NCBI GenBank assembly: GCA_002269645.1
Contig: NIVC01001872.1
Span: 1-64,000, forward strand
DNA: 64,000 nucleotides
Source of the DNA: Macrostomum lignano
Lineage: Eukaryota
Direction of reading: 5' to 3'
Shown here: positions 48,769-60,000 of the stretch, piece after piece
How the letters are laid out: each line of letters opens with the position of its first letter
Numbering within the stretch: the stretch's first letter is position 1
Program-made: the position numbers and the translations under genes
The notes under the pieces: model-generated
What the model saw: only the letters and a program-made list of their open reading frames with translations
What the model was told of the DNA's origin: nothing
Databases searched by the model: none

Positions 48769-50804
48769 TTATTCCCTTAGTTCGATTTTGTTGCTATTAA
48801 GAACTTGTTCGATAGCAATGGAGAAAAAGTTTGCAATCGAGTGATTGGGAGTGAGAAAGTGCTCTAACCCCGAAGTAACGATTCTCCTGTTAATATTTGA
48901 CCTGTGCTGGTTCATTCTATCTCTCATTGTTCTTCTAGTCATACCTACATAGAAGATTTTCCCAGGGTGGCACTGGTTACAGGAGATGCCATAGATGATG
49001 TTCTTGGAGCCACAGGACAGGCTCTGAGAGACTAAAACATCGGAAGCCGGTTTCAGCCCCTGGGCGGAGAGAGCAGGCGGTGAGTGGGTGCAGCATTTGC
49101 AGCGGGATGACCCACAGGGATGGAACCCTTTGGGAAGCAAACACAGATTGGTTGTTGGTCCCGCAGTCCAGTTCGTAAGTTTGAGGACCTCCTTTTTGCA
49201 GTTTCTAAGAAAAATCTTCAAGTAGCCTAATTGCTTGAGTTCCGATTTTAAAGAATTGAAAGCATCGTTGAAAGACTTGTAGTCATCACAGATTCGAGCG
49301 TACCGAAGGATTTGGGATTTTACTACCCCCTTGAAGGTGTGTGACGGATGGAAGGACTGTCGGTGCAGCAATCTATGAGTGTCTGTTTCTTTTGAAAACA
49401 GTTGTGTTGTGAAGCGGTTTTCAGCTTTCTTGATGGTCATGTCAAGAAAACTGACCTCAGTTGATGAGGAGCTGACGGTGAGTTTGATGTTGGGGTTGAT
49501 TGAATTTAGGTGTCGAACAAATTCTGTCAGAGCTTCAGCCGGGTGGTCCCAGTGAATGAAGATATCATCTATGTACCTAAAATAGATGTTGGGCTTATAA
49601 AGAGCAGTTTTCAGGGCAGTTTCCTCCCAGAGGCTCATGAAGAGGCAGGCATAGCTGGGCGCAAATATGCGCCCCATGGCTGTACCTCTAAGTTGTAGGA
49701 AAATAACTTTGTCAAATTCAAAGTCATTCCTGTACAAACACAATTCCAGTAGCTTTATTATTTCAGCATCCGGTCTAATGGGATCCGGGTATCGGTTAAA
49801 GAATTCCTGGATCGCTGCAATGCCCTGATCTATTGGGATCATGGAGTACAGACTCTGGACATCACAAGTTGCCAGAGTCGAACCTTCCTTGCAGCTTTTA
49901 TCCATAAGGTGTGCCTTGAAGTCATAGGAGTCCTTAATGAAAGTGGGTTGCGCTTGGGCAATCGGTTTTAGAAAGAAGTCTATGTACTTTTCGGCCCCAA
50001 TTGCTTCAGAACTGCATCCGCTAACAATAGGTTTGCCTGCTGGGACCCGAAAGGGGATCAGCCAGGTGGCCGGGTCCTTGTGAATTTTTGGGAGCAGGTA
50101 GAAATGCCGGGGACGGAAGTTCTCTCCGGGACAAAGAAAAGAAAACTGTTTCTTCGATATGAACTTTCTATTACATAAATCGAGGAAGATCCCCCTGATA
50201 AGTTCCGCAGTCTCGGGTTGCAGTGGCTGGTCCAGCTGTTGATAGGCATTAGTGTCAAGCAATTGGTTGTAGGCTGCAAATTCGTAATAATTATGGTGCA
50301 TGATGACCACTGCGTTACCTTTGTCCGGCTTTTTATAAGGACGGAGCTGTTTCGCTTGAGCCCCTGAATCGCTTTGGTCTCTGGCACCTCTAGGTTGCCT
50401 TTGATCTGTACCGTTGTCAAATTCTCTACCAGTTTTTGGTTCTCAAGCACAAACAAGTTGCACTCATCCCTTCTACGTTTTGAGGGAACCTCCTTTACTT
50501 ATTTCCCCATGAAGGGGGCGGGCTGCTATTGGCGAGCCCCTCTTTTGAAAAAATCTGTCCAGAAAAGTTTCCGATAAAATTCCGTCATGCAGTTCCTCAG
50601 ATCATCGAAATCAAGGGCTTGGGTTGGGATAAAATTAAGTCCCTTATCTAGCAGCCTCGTCTCGGACTCGGAGAGTTGGAAGGTAGGGTGTAGATTCAAA
50701 ATGTTGCCTTCCAGTTTGGGAGGCCTACAGTAGTCAGCTAGTTTAAAGTTCTCAGCCAGGAAGCCAGCGCCAGTATATAAAGTCAGGCGCTGAGAAGGAT
50801 ACAA
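48769..50804 (-). pseudogene. PLE reverse transcriptase + GIY-YIG endonuclease (frameshifted)
   Basis: N-terminal ILNLHPTFQLSESETRLLDKGLNFIPT, KPDKGNAV-type region, FYLLPKIHK, CDVQSLYSMI, GTAMGRIFAPSYACLFM, YFRYIDDIF, FLDMTI, CGSSRCKCC linker and NIIYGISCNQC..FYVGMTRRTMRDRMNQHRSNI. Confidence 0.92.
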
Positions 50805-50920
50805 TTGGTTTAAGAGGAGAAGAGGCAGTAAGAGTAACAGGTGAGATCTGGTAGCGATGCTCGTTTAATAAGTAATAGAGAAATGAAGGCCAACACCAAC
50901 ATATAATAAATTATTTTAAT

Positions 50921-50959
50921 AGCCAACGCGTTTCGACACAAGCGGTCATCTTCAGGGCT
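50921..50959 (-). ncRNA. Hammerhead ribozyme motif (left arm)
   Basis: agcc CTGAAGA t gac cgcttgt gtc GAAA CGCG TT ggct. Confidence 0.8.
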
Positions 50960-51219
50960 TGCACTCATGATTCACATACAGTTCAGTATACTTAAATAGA
51001 GAAAATCAAGATCTGTACATGGCAATAGACAAATGGGTTCAGTCCGGTCGATAATTGTGCATTACGAGACGTTTTCTGTGTGATGGCCAAATAATTTATT
51101 ATAGTTTCGTCTCGTAATGTACAATTATCGACCGGACTGAACCCATTTGTCTATTGCCATGTACAGATCTTGATTTTCTCTATTTAAGTATACTGAACTG
51201 TATGTGAATCATGAGTGCA

Positions 51220-51258
51220 AGCCCTGAAGACGACCGCTTGTGTCGAAACGCGTTGGCT
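51220..51258 (+). ncRNA. Hammerhead ribozyme motif (right arm)
   Basis: agcc CTGAAGA c gac cgcttgt gtc GAAA CGCG TT ggct; palindromic ACGCGT stem III, GUU triplet. Confidence 0.8.
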
Positions 51259-51377
51259 ATTAAAATAATTTATTATATGTTGGTGTTGGCCTTCATTTCT
51301 CTAATAGGTGAGAGTTTCTTACTCAGAATTTGAGTCAATCCTTCACCGCTGGCAAAGGGCGGAACAAGAAGGATCTC

Positions 51378-52385
51378 TCAGTAGATCGATGGCCTCAGAG
51401 AGCGACTCTCGCCAGTGGTCTGTGCTGAGCAGCTCGTCCGCCAGGACCAGCACCGTTGACTGAGCGCATTGCCGGTTCCGCAGGGCGGCCGACCTTCGTA
51501 GTGATGGTAAGGCTGACATTGAGTACTCATGCACCTCTGTGATTGCCAGCAGTTTGAGGCCCTCGAAAGGCTTTGGGCAGAGGACCAGGTTCCGGAAGTC
51601 CCTGCTGATGATGAGCGTACCGGGCTGCTCAAAGGTGAGTCATTCAGATGCGGCCTGTGGCGTTCCGGACCACCAGGGGAGTCCTCAGAGTCCGGCGATG
51701 GTAAGCGACGTTCAGCAGGTGAAGCAGGCAGTCCCACCCGTGGAAGAGGCGGGGTCACAAAAAGGTCGTCAGCCGCCGACGTACAGCCGTTGTCGGGTGA
51801 GGCGACTTCGGTGGTCCCACCGGCCGCCGGACTGCCTACCGGAGCCCCAACCGCAACCGCTGGCGGGTCGTTGCTTATCGTCGCATCGGCGCTCGCTGCC
51901 ACGTCCCCAATAGCGCCGTCCGCTACCGAGTCGGCGTTGGTCTCCGTGCTCGTGCTAGCCGTGGATTCATTGTTTGTTGCTGCGATCGTGCTGGCTGTCG
52001 TGGTGTCGTCCTCCACGTTAGAGCAGACGACCTCTGAGATCCTACGATGTTTGGCAGATTGGGCGCTCTCTTCGAGATCGACTGGTGCCAGGCTTGTAGC
52101 CAGAGAGATTACGGTGCTGGGAATGGCAGTCTTGGTGGCACTAGGTGCAGATGGGGCCAAGAAAGCCCCGGTGGCACCGCTGTTGGGATCTTCGTGAGTC
52201 CAGCGGAAGGTCAAGTTGAACTGGCGGCCACGTTTGTGGTGTTGCGGGGGAATTCGATGATAAAAATTGGCCTGACAGTCGCTTGACATGGTCAGAAGAC
52301 TGCCATGAAATAGATCGAGAGATAAACAAGGCGCAGTCGCTGACTTAGCTTTTAGATCGAAGGTTCTGGTGCACCTGATTGACAA
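51378..52385 (-). pseudogene. AlkB-like 2OG-Fe(II) dioxygenase C-terminal fragment plus Ala/Ser/Thr/Pro-rich linker (PLE N-terminal extension)
   Basis: RTFDLK..LDLFHGSLLTMSSDCQANFYHRIPP..RQFNLTFRW matches the AlkB pattern LxHGSLLxM..Q..WxHxIP..RxNLTFR. The HxD half is cut off by the (GA)n tract. Confidence 0.7.
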
Positions 52386-52696
52386 AGAGAAAGAGAGAGA
52401 GAGAAAGAGAGAGAGAGAGAGGGGGAGAGAGAGAGGGCACCGGCACCATGATTGGCAAGTTGTTTATTTAGTATTGGTCTAACGCAATTTTATATACAGG
52501 GACTCAAGCACTTTTAGTCTGTACTCACTTGAGCTCTTATGAATGGTAAAAAATTATTTGCGAAAAATTTACTAAGCTAGACCTTGCAATCTACTGTATA
52601 TTTAATTTACATTTCTGATTTTTATCGACCCCGTTTCACGTCTAAATTTATATATATACGGTTAATAAATACAGAAATAAATCGTTGCTAATTTTA

Positions 52697-52737
52697 AGAC
52701 CCTGACGATGCCTGACGCGAACCGAAACATGTCGCAT
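52697..52737 (+). ncRNA. Degenerate hammerhead motif of another PLE-like terminus
   Basis: CTGACGA..GAAACATGTC with palindromic ACATGT; stems I and II pair poorly. Confidence 0.4.
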
Positions 52738-54799
52738 ATCAAAAAACGATAGCGCTCACATTCTTAATTTTACTATTTATCAAACGCGCAATTTTCCGCA
52801 ATGAAACTTGAGTTCCATTTTCGTTATTTGTCCTATTAGCAATTGGACATAACGATTCTCGCCCAGCTCGTCATCCGAGGTGACTTCGGACAGGTGCCGC
52901 AGCTGGCAACGCGCCAGCTGGTTACTTGCGCTAATGCAGCTCGTCGGAACGTCCTCATGCGGGTGTTCGGCGCTCCTGAGACTCCCGTGCACACTGAAAA
53001 GTGCATCTTGTACTTATTTGAGCTGGGCGCGAACCCCAAGGCGGCTGACGCGAACGGCGACACGGCTGCGCACCTGGCAGCCCGGCGGGACCACCTGCGG
53101 CTGCTGACGCTGCTGTCGTTCGATGCGAAGTGGCTGCGGAACAAAAACGGCGCCACTCCGCTGATGGAGGCGGCGCGGACTGGAAGCTGGAAATGCGCTA
53201 AGCACCTGCTGCACCTGCTCAGGCAGATAAGGTTCAATGAGTGCTCTGAGCACGGAAACTCGAAGAGGTCGGAGCTGCTCGGACTGAAGAATCGCGAGAA
53301 TCGGACAGCGTCGGACCTGGCGAGGCTCAGCGGCCACTCAGAGCTGACCAGCTACATCGAGCGGTGAGTGAGCAGTTCGCTGCTGTGTCCATCAAGTTTT
53401 GCAGCATTCGGCTGGGGTGGCCAGAGCTGCAGTCTCAGGCCAGCCAATCAGAGCCAGTCAGCTGAGCTTGTCTCTGTCTGACTGCTTGATGGGCGAGAGC
53501 TGTGATTGGCTGGCTGCCTCACAGCCAATGGGGTGCCGGTCGATCTCAGTCGAGAATGGAAGCTGTAGGGCCTCGGTGTGCAGTGAGAGTGTGTGGGTTG
53601 AGCTGCAGATGGAGAACTGGGAGGCTGTGCGTGAGTGCTTTGTGAGACATTGTGAGATGGAAGGAAACTCATGCTGCAGAAATGGAAAATGAGCTGCGTG
53701 TGAGAAGTCGGATGCGCTCTCGCCAATGCTGATTGTTGCAGTGCTGCTGCAGTCCTCCTGGAAACTCCATCTGCGAGCAGCTCAGATAATTAGGAATTTC
53801 TGATTATTTAGTCTATTATTAAAATTTTATTGTAAAACAAAAACATATATTTTGGCGATCGCATTTGAGTCGGATTTGAGAAAATTGCAAAATTCGCTGC
53901 TCATTTTTCCTGTTGCAGGGAGATGCGGCTGGTTGTGGATGCACATGGCTGGATCTCCGGTCTTACAGCCCAGGTGAGCGGAATCTGCAGTGCCGATGCG
54001 GCTGCAGCTGAGCAGCTGTGCTCAAATTTCCCGCTCGCCTTTGCAGGAGGAGGCGGATCGACAGAAACTGCAGCGGCTGGCCGAGGCGGGCGACTCGGCA
54101 GGGCTGCGGCGAGCGGCGACCCGCGACAGCTGCGACCTGCCTGACAAATGGGGTCGCACCTCGCTGATGTGGGCAGCTCACAACAGATCGTGTTGTGATG
54201 AGGCTCTGTGGAAGCAGCTGGTGCATCTGGGTGACCCCACCTGTGCAGATAAATATGCTGGCAGTTGTCTGCACCATGCAGCACGGGCTGGCAATTCTGC
54301 CGCAGCCTCCGCTCTGCTGAGTGCCGGAGCCTCCGCCAATGCCACGGGGCTAGGAGACACGTCCCTCATGGAGGCAGCCGAATTTACGCCCCCCACCGCC
54401 ACCGCCGCCGCAATCGTTCGGCTTCTGCTGGACGCAGGGGCGGATTGGAGCATTAAGAACAACGACGGCAAGACTCCGCTGGATTTGGCCGTGGAGAACG
54501 GAAATATCGAAGCCGCTGAGCTGCTGCGTAGGTGAGTTTCCATGGCTGTTGTATATTCAATGAGACACAAATATGGTTGATGGATCTGATTCCCTTTTCT
54601 AGCCGGCCTCTTCGCTCTTATATATTATTTATATCTTCTACACCATTTTACCTTCTATTTTGAACAAACTCTTGTTTAAAAAAACAAGCATATTAGGGCT
54701 TGCGGAAATTAAATTCAAAGTCCCTTTCTATTGAAACAGAAAAAATTCAATTCAGACTGTCTGTGGCCAAAATTGTCTCAGAGTGACGCGCACGCGCAA

Positions 54800-55200
54800 A
54801 CTTGAAATTCAATTACAACAAGCTGTCTTGTTGTAATGTTGGACAATTTTATCCCTCATACTAGTTGCTTTGGCTTCAATTTGATCAGCTGTTTTCTGCA
54901 ATTCCTTTGCAAAAAATCGTCTATGAGCTGGCAAAACTCGGACTGGGTGGCCAAACAGGATTTGCGCCGGCGACTTGCCATCATGGCGAGCCACCTTGGC
55001 GTGTAGCAAAATATCAATATTCCTTGGCAAAACTTGTCCCAGTCGATCTTCTCTGACTGCGGATTCCATGAACCTCGCAGAAGCTTTTTCATTTCCTTCA
55101 CTGCCGACTTGTTGGCTCTGCTATTGCTCTGTAAGTCGGAGACGATACTCTGTGCTCCACTTTCCATCTTCACAAGAAAGCAGTGAACAAATCCTAGCTA
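54800..55200 (-). mobile_element. Gypsy integrase C-terminal fragment between ankyrin exons B3 and B4
   Basis: KSAVKEMKKLL, DGKSPAQILFGHPVRVLPAHRRFF..KIVQHYNK. Confidence 0.65.
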
Positions 55201-56129
55201 AATTGAGGTCCTCCGTAGGACCAAAGAATCTCTTGTGCTGATTTTTCACAAAATCGCTGTCTTAGCGCATTAATGACCTTTGATGTCCGAGCGTTCGTTG
55301 TACGAGTATCCGAATGCATTCACTGCACAGTGCAGCCAATGCTAGCAACTCTGCCGGAGCCTCCGCTGTGTCGGCTGCCGGAGCCTCCGCTGTGCCGGCT
55401 GCCGCAGCCTCCGCTGTGCCGGCTGCCGCAGCCTCCGCCAATACCAAGAGTCAAAAGGATTGGACGCCCCTCATGTGGGCAGCCTTTGCGCCCCCCGCCA
55501 CCGCCGCCGCAGTCGGTCGGGTTCTGCTGGACTCAGAAGCGGATTGGAGCCTGAAGGACAGACAGGGCAGGACTGCGCTGGATTTGGCCACAGAGAAGAG
55601 AAGGAGCGAACTGGCTGAGCTGCTGCGTGGGTGAGTTTCCATGGCGACTGAGAATGTCTCTCTGACTTTGATTTATCATTGATAAACATTATTCTGTAAT
55701 TTATGATTGAATATTGAACAGCTGACTGCAGTTGCTCTGAGTGGGCATTTTTACATTTTTGTAGTTTAAATGGGCAGCAGACACTGACTGAGCTGCATTG
55801 AGGGAGTTTGCAGTGCAGTTTGACTGCAGATTGCCAGTTGAATATTAATGTTCAGCTGCCTGCGAGCTGTGAGACACCAGAAAGCATTTTGCTGTGCACA
55901 TTGCAGTTGAGTTTTAACGTATGCAATTTTCTGATAATTGTCTGTAAGATAAAAGAAAATAATTACGATTTTTTCATAGTTGATATAATAAGCAAAAAGA
56001 AGAAATTAAGCACAGAACATCGTCTCTCACCTGAGTTCCCCTGACTTCAGACTCCGCATTGTCTATTAAGGTACGACGGCAAGATTTACTTCGACGAGCC
56101 TCTGGCACCGCCGTGAGTTCCTTCAGCAA

Positions 56130-57070
56130 ACAGCTACAGCACACACAGCTACAGCTCACAGCTACAGCACACAGCTACAGCACACACAGCTACAGCACAC
56201 AGCTACAGCACACAGCTACAGCACACACAGCTACAGCACACAGCTACAGCACACAGCTACAGCACACACAGCTACAGCACACAGCTACAGCACACACAGC
56301 TACATCACACAGCTACAGAACACACAGCTACAGCACACACAGCTACAGCACACACAGCTACAGCACACAGCTACAGCACACACAGCTACAGCACACAGCT
56401 ACAGAACACACAGCTACAGCACACACAGCTACAGCACACACAGCTACAGCACACACAGCTACAGCACACAGCTACAGCACACACAGCTACAGCACACACA
56501 GCCACAGCACATACAGCTAGAGCACACAGCTACAGCACACACAGCTACAGCACACAGCAAAAGCACACAGCCACAGCACATACAGCTAGAGCACACAGCT
56601 ACAGCACACGGCTACAGCACACACAGCTACAGCACACAGCTACAGCACACACAGGTACAGCACACACAGCTACAGCACACACAGCTACAGCACACACAGC
56701 TACAGCACACACAGCTACAGCACACAGCTACAGCACACAGCTACAGCACACACAGCTACAGCATACACAGCTACAGCACACACAGCTACAGCACACAGCT
56801 ACAGCACACAGCTACAGCACACACAGCTACAGCACACAGCTACAGCACACACAGCTACAGCACACAGCTACAGCACACAGCTACAGCACACACAGCTACA
56901 GCACACAGCTACAGCACACACAGCTACAGCACACAGCTACAGCACACACAGCTACAGCACACAGCTACAGCACACACAGCTACAGCACACAGCTACAGCA
57001 CACACAGCTACAGCACACAGCTACAGCACACACAGCTACAGCACACAGCTACAGCACACACAGCTACAGC
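56130..57070. repeat. (cacagctacag)n array after exon C3
   Basis: Same unit as the arrays after C1 and C2. Confidence 0.9.
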
Positions 57071-60000
57071 ACTACTATATGAACCCGTATCCGTTGATTT
57101 TGGAGGTGGGGTGGGTGTCAACCCTCCTCGCCTCTCATTGGCTGGCGCCCCGATCACTAGGTGATCGGTACCCGTATCGATATCGGCGCTCGGCGCGCGC
57201 GCGCCGCAGGCGCGTGGCGCCAAGCGCCGCAGGCGCACCCTCCCGATATTAGATCCCAATAAATCAATCAGATCCCAAATCAATCAGATCCCAAATCAAT
57301 CAGATCCCAAATCAATCAGATCCCAAGCGCACCCTCCCGAGCCGCAGGCGCCCATGCAGCAGGCGCCCCTCCCCGTCTCAGGCGCCCCTCCCGATATGTA
57401 TGCGCACTCTCCCTATATGTACACCGATATGTATGCAGCAGGCGCCCCGAGTGTACACTCCCCCGATATGTGTGTACACCGATATGTAGTCATCGATACG
57501 GGCCTCTTCCCCTCTCTCACCTACATCTCAACTAGCGAAATCGAACCCAGGTCGCGCCCATACTAGGACACTACACGGTTGTGGGGTATAGGGAGCGAGA
57601 AGTTTCAACCCTAACGCTGACGCAGCCCTGTACAGTGAGAGTGTACGGGCAGAGAGGGGTGGCGCGGACAGAGAACCAGCCACTAGGTTGTTATACTGTT
57701 GAAGCATAGGGAGCGAGAAGTTTTAACCCCGATGCTGACGCAGCCCTGTACACTGAGCGTGTACGGGCAGAGGGTGGGTGGAAAGAGATGTGAATAACAC
57801 AGCCTGCTGCAGGAGCCGGATAGAGAGGCGCATGCTAGGACAGAGAGGTAGTGTGAGTCACACACACCCCACAGAGAAAGCCATACAGAGGATAGAGAGC
57901 TCCCTCCCCAGTTGCAGGGGACAGAGAGGCAGGCAGGGTATGCAGGGGCATGCGAACCGTCAAGGGGCCACGCGAGGATAGAGTGGAGGAGCAGAGATGT
58001 GTTTGGACAGAGAGCCAGCCACGTGTGCGTAGTGTGAGGGAACAGAAACATATGGAGCAGGAGGGAGATAGGAAGCAAACGCGCAGGGTAAGGGAGCCAC
58101 ACAGGGCGGTACAGTGAGACACGGGCAGGGGTGGAGCCGTGCGTGGACAGAGCTGAACGGCACGGTCAGCTGCAGGAATAGGATGATAGAGAGGCGCGGA
58201 GGGGGACAGAGAGCAGTGTGCAGGGGTAGGCAGCCACGCAGGCTGGGGAACAGAGAGGCGCGTGTCAGCCAGTTGCAGCCCGGGACAGAGAAGTATGAAG
58301 GGGGGCCTGGGACAGAGTTCCGAGCAAGGCACAGAGGTAGGGTCCTGTAGCTATGTATAGGCAGGGAGCCACGCGAGGGCAGGACAGGGGAGCAGACATG
58401 CAAGTTGCATGCAAGGCCAGAGAGGTGTGCGCGGAGGGAGACAGAGAGCAGTGTGTAGGGGTAGGTAACAGCAAACTTTAGTAGCGGCGCGTGCGGGGAC
58501 GGAGAAACCAGTCAGAGCATACAGAGACGTTACAGAGAGGTACACAAGCAGAGACCAAAGCGAGCAGAGCACATGTGTAGGGACAGAGACGTGAGGGAGA
58601 ATCGACCAAAACACGCTATGTATTTTCAAAAGTTGGTTTTAGTGCAACATGTTTAATAGTGGGTAGTATAATAGTATGTACATAGTAGGTATAATAGTAG
58701 TAATAATAGTAAGCATATTAGCCCAAAAGGTAGACTAAAACAGGCTAAACTGTGTGTACGCATCCTCATCACCCCACAAGCCCCCTCTCCGCCAGACTCA
58801 CTCTACCAAACCCTCCTGTATTGCTGCATGAAGGAAAATATAGTGTAAAAATACAGATCTTAACCGTCAGACCGCTGAAATCAGGGCACACTAGAGGGGG
58901 TTTCGGGGTCTGCATGCTCTATGTAAGCTGCTTGAGGAGGTTCCAAGGGCGTTGTGAGGGTTTCCATTATGTTTTGAAAAAAAACTAGAGGCTTAAATAC
59001 AACGTTTTATTCAAAAGTAGGTTATTTTAATGAAATAGCTGACACAATCATTGTCGAGAGTAGAAATTTTTATAAGAAACCAGGCATTTTAGCAAAAATA
59101 AACCTTCAAACCACATAAAATTGAATAAAAAGCAGACATTTTCAATTATAAACCGCAAGTATTTTAATAGAAAAGTAAGCAAACAAGGCACAAAACCAGC
59201 AAATTTTACCTTTTTATTTTAATGTTACTGATAAGGTAGAGAGTAGAAACTTGTGAGCTGTACGGAGTTAGAAAGTATTAACCATTATGTATCGTATGAA
59301 TTATTAGTTCAGTACCAGCCATTGGTCAAGCGAGCATTTATGAAGTTATTACGAGTGATGAAGGGATAGAGAGCTATATACAGGAAGACAGTATCCTTCT
59401 AAACCACCACGAACAGATTGCTAATAGAGATAAGCTTTGTCTGTGTGCAGTATGAGTAAGCGAAGGCGGGGCAAATACTTTTCCACATGCCGGACAGAAC
59501 AGTATTGTGCTAGGATTTCTCTCGAAATCGCGGTACGTTACTAGTTTTTATCACACCATCCAGATGCGTCAACTAGTCAGCAGTAGTCATTTATATGTTA
59601 TTAGAACTTACAAACCCAGGTCAAGTAAATATTACAAAGAGTATATTACGTACACACGCCAACTCCGAATACCAAGCCATACTAGTCTACTTGCAGTGCT
59701 CCTGGAGGGAAGGGACGGCGGGGTGTACATCCGGCAGGGTGGGCGTCCAGCGAGTGTACATCTGACAGGATGGGTGTTCAGCAAGTGTACATCTGACAGG
59801 GTGGGCGTTCAGCAAGTGTACCTTCAGCGTCGAGTAGGTGTACACCCGTCAGTGGGAACTCAGCCCCTCCCACCAATGTCGTGTGCATGCGGTTAGTCAG
59901 TATAGTGGTGGGGTAGACGGTGCAGGAAGGAAACCCAGATGCTGACGCTGCCCTGTACAGCGAGCAACCAGCCCTCCTGTAGCAGGAGGGGGACAGAGAG

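Larger units (their letters stand above)
50878..51301. mobile_element. 424-bp foldback element (two inverted pLTR-like arms) with a 5-bp target duplication
   Basis: Arms 50878-51071 and 51108-51301 (194 bp, 2 mismatches seen) with a 36-bp spacer. TAATA at 50873-50877 and 51302-51306. Confidence 0.85.
48430..52385 (-). mobile_element. Penelope-like retroelement (Neptune/Naiad-type), degenerate, 5'-truncated
   Basis: RT, Cys linker and C-terminal GIY-YIG, with a 3' hammerhead motif. Bounded by (GA)n tracts on both sides (48225-48428, 52384-52435). Confidence 0.8.
47655..56112 (+). pseudogene. Ankyrin module gene 2, disrupted by a ~5-kb insertion in exon A3; no kinase exon found downstream
   Basis: Exon 1 47655-47675 (MGNGTSK|gt), A3 5' part 47805-47845, A3 3' part about 52856-53364, D3 53919-53973, B3 54047-54531, partial B4 about 55430-55631, C3 56071-56112. 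Exons and introns are paralogous to gene 1. Confidence 0.75.

Noticed and set aside
51540-51640. SGNH esterase block I (TLIISRDFRNL) in the PLE extension
   Set aside because: It lacks the GDS catalytic motif, so the resemblance is too weak without an HMM search.
57070-57085. Polinton/Maverick terminus (actact)
   Set aside because: Wrong orientation for a left end, no partner TIR and no Polinton genes in the window.
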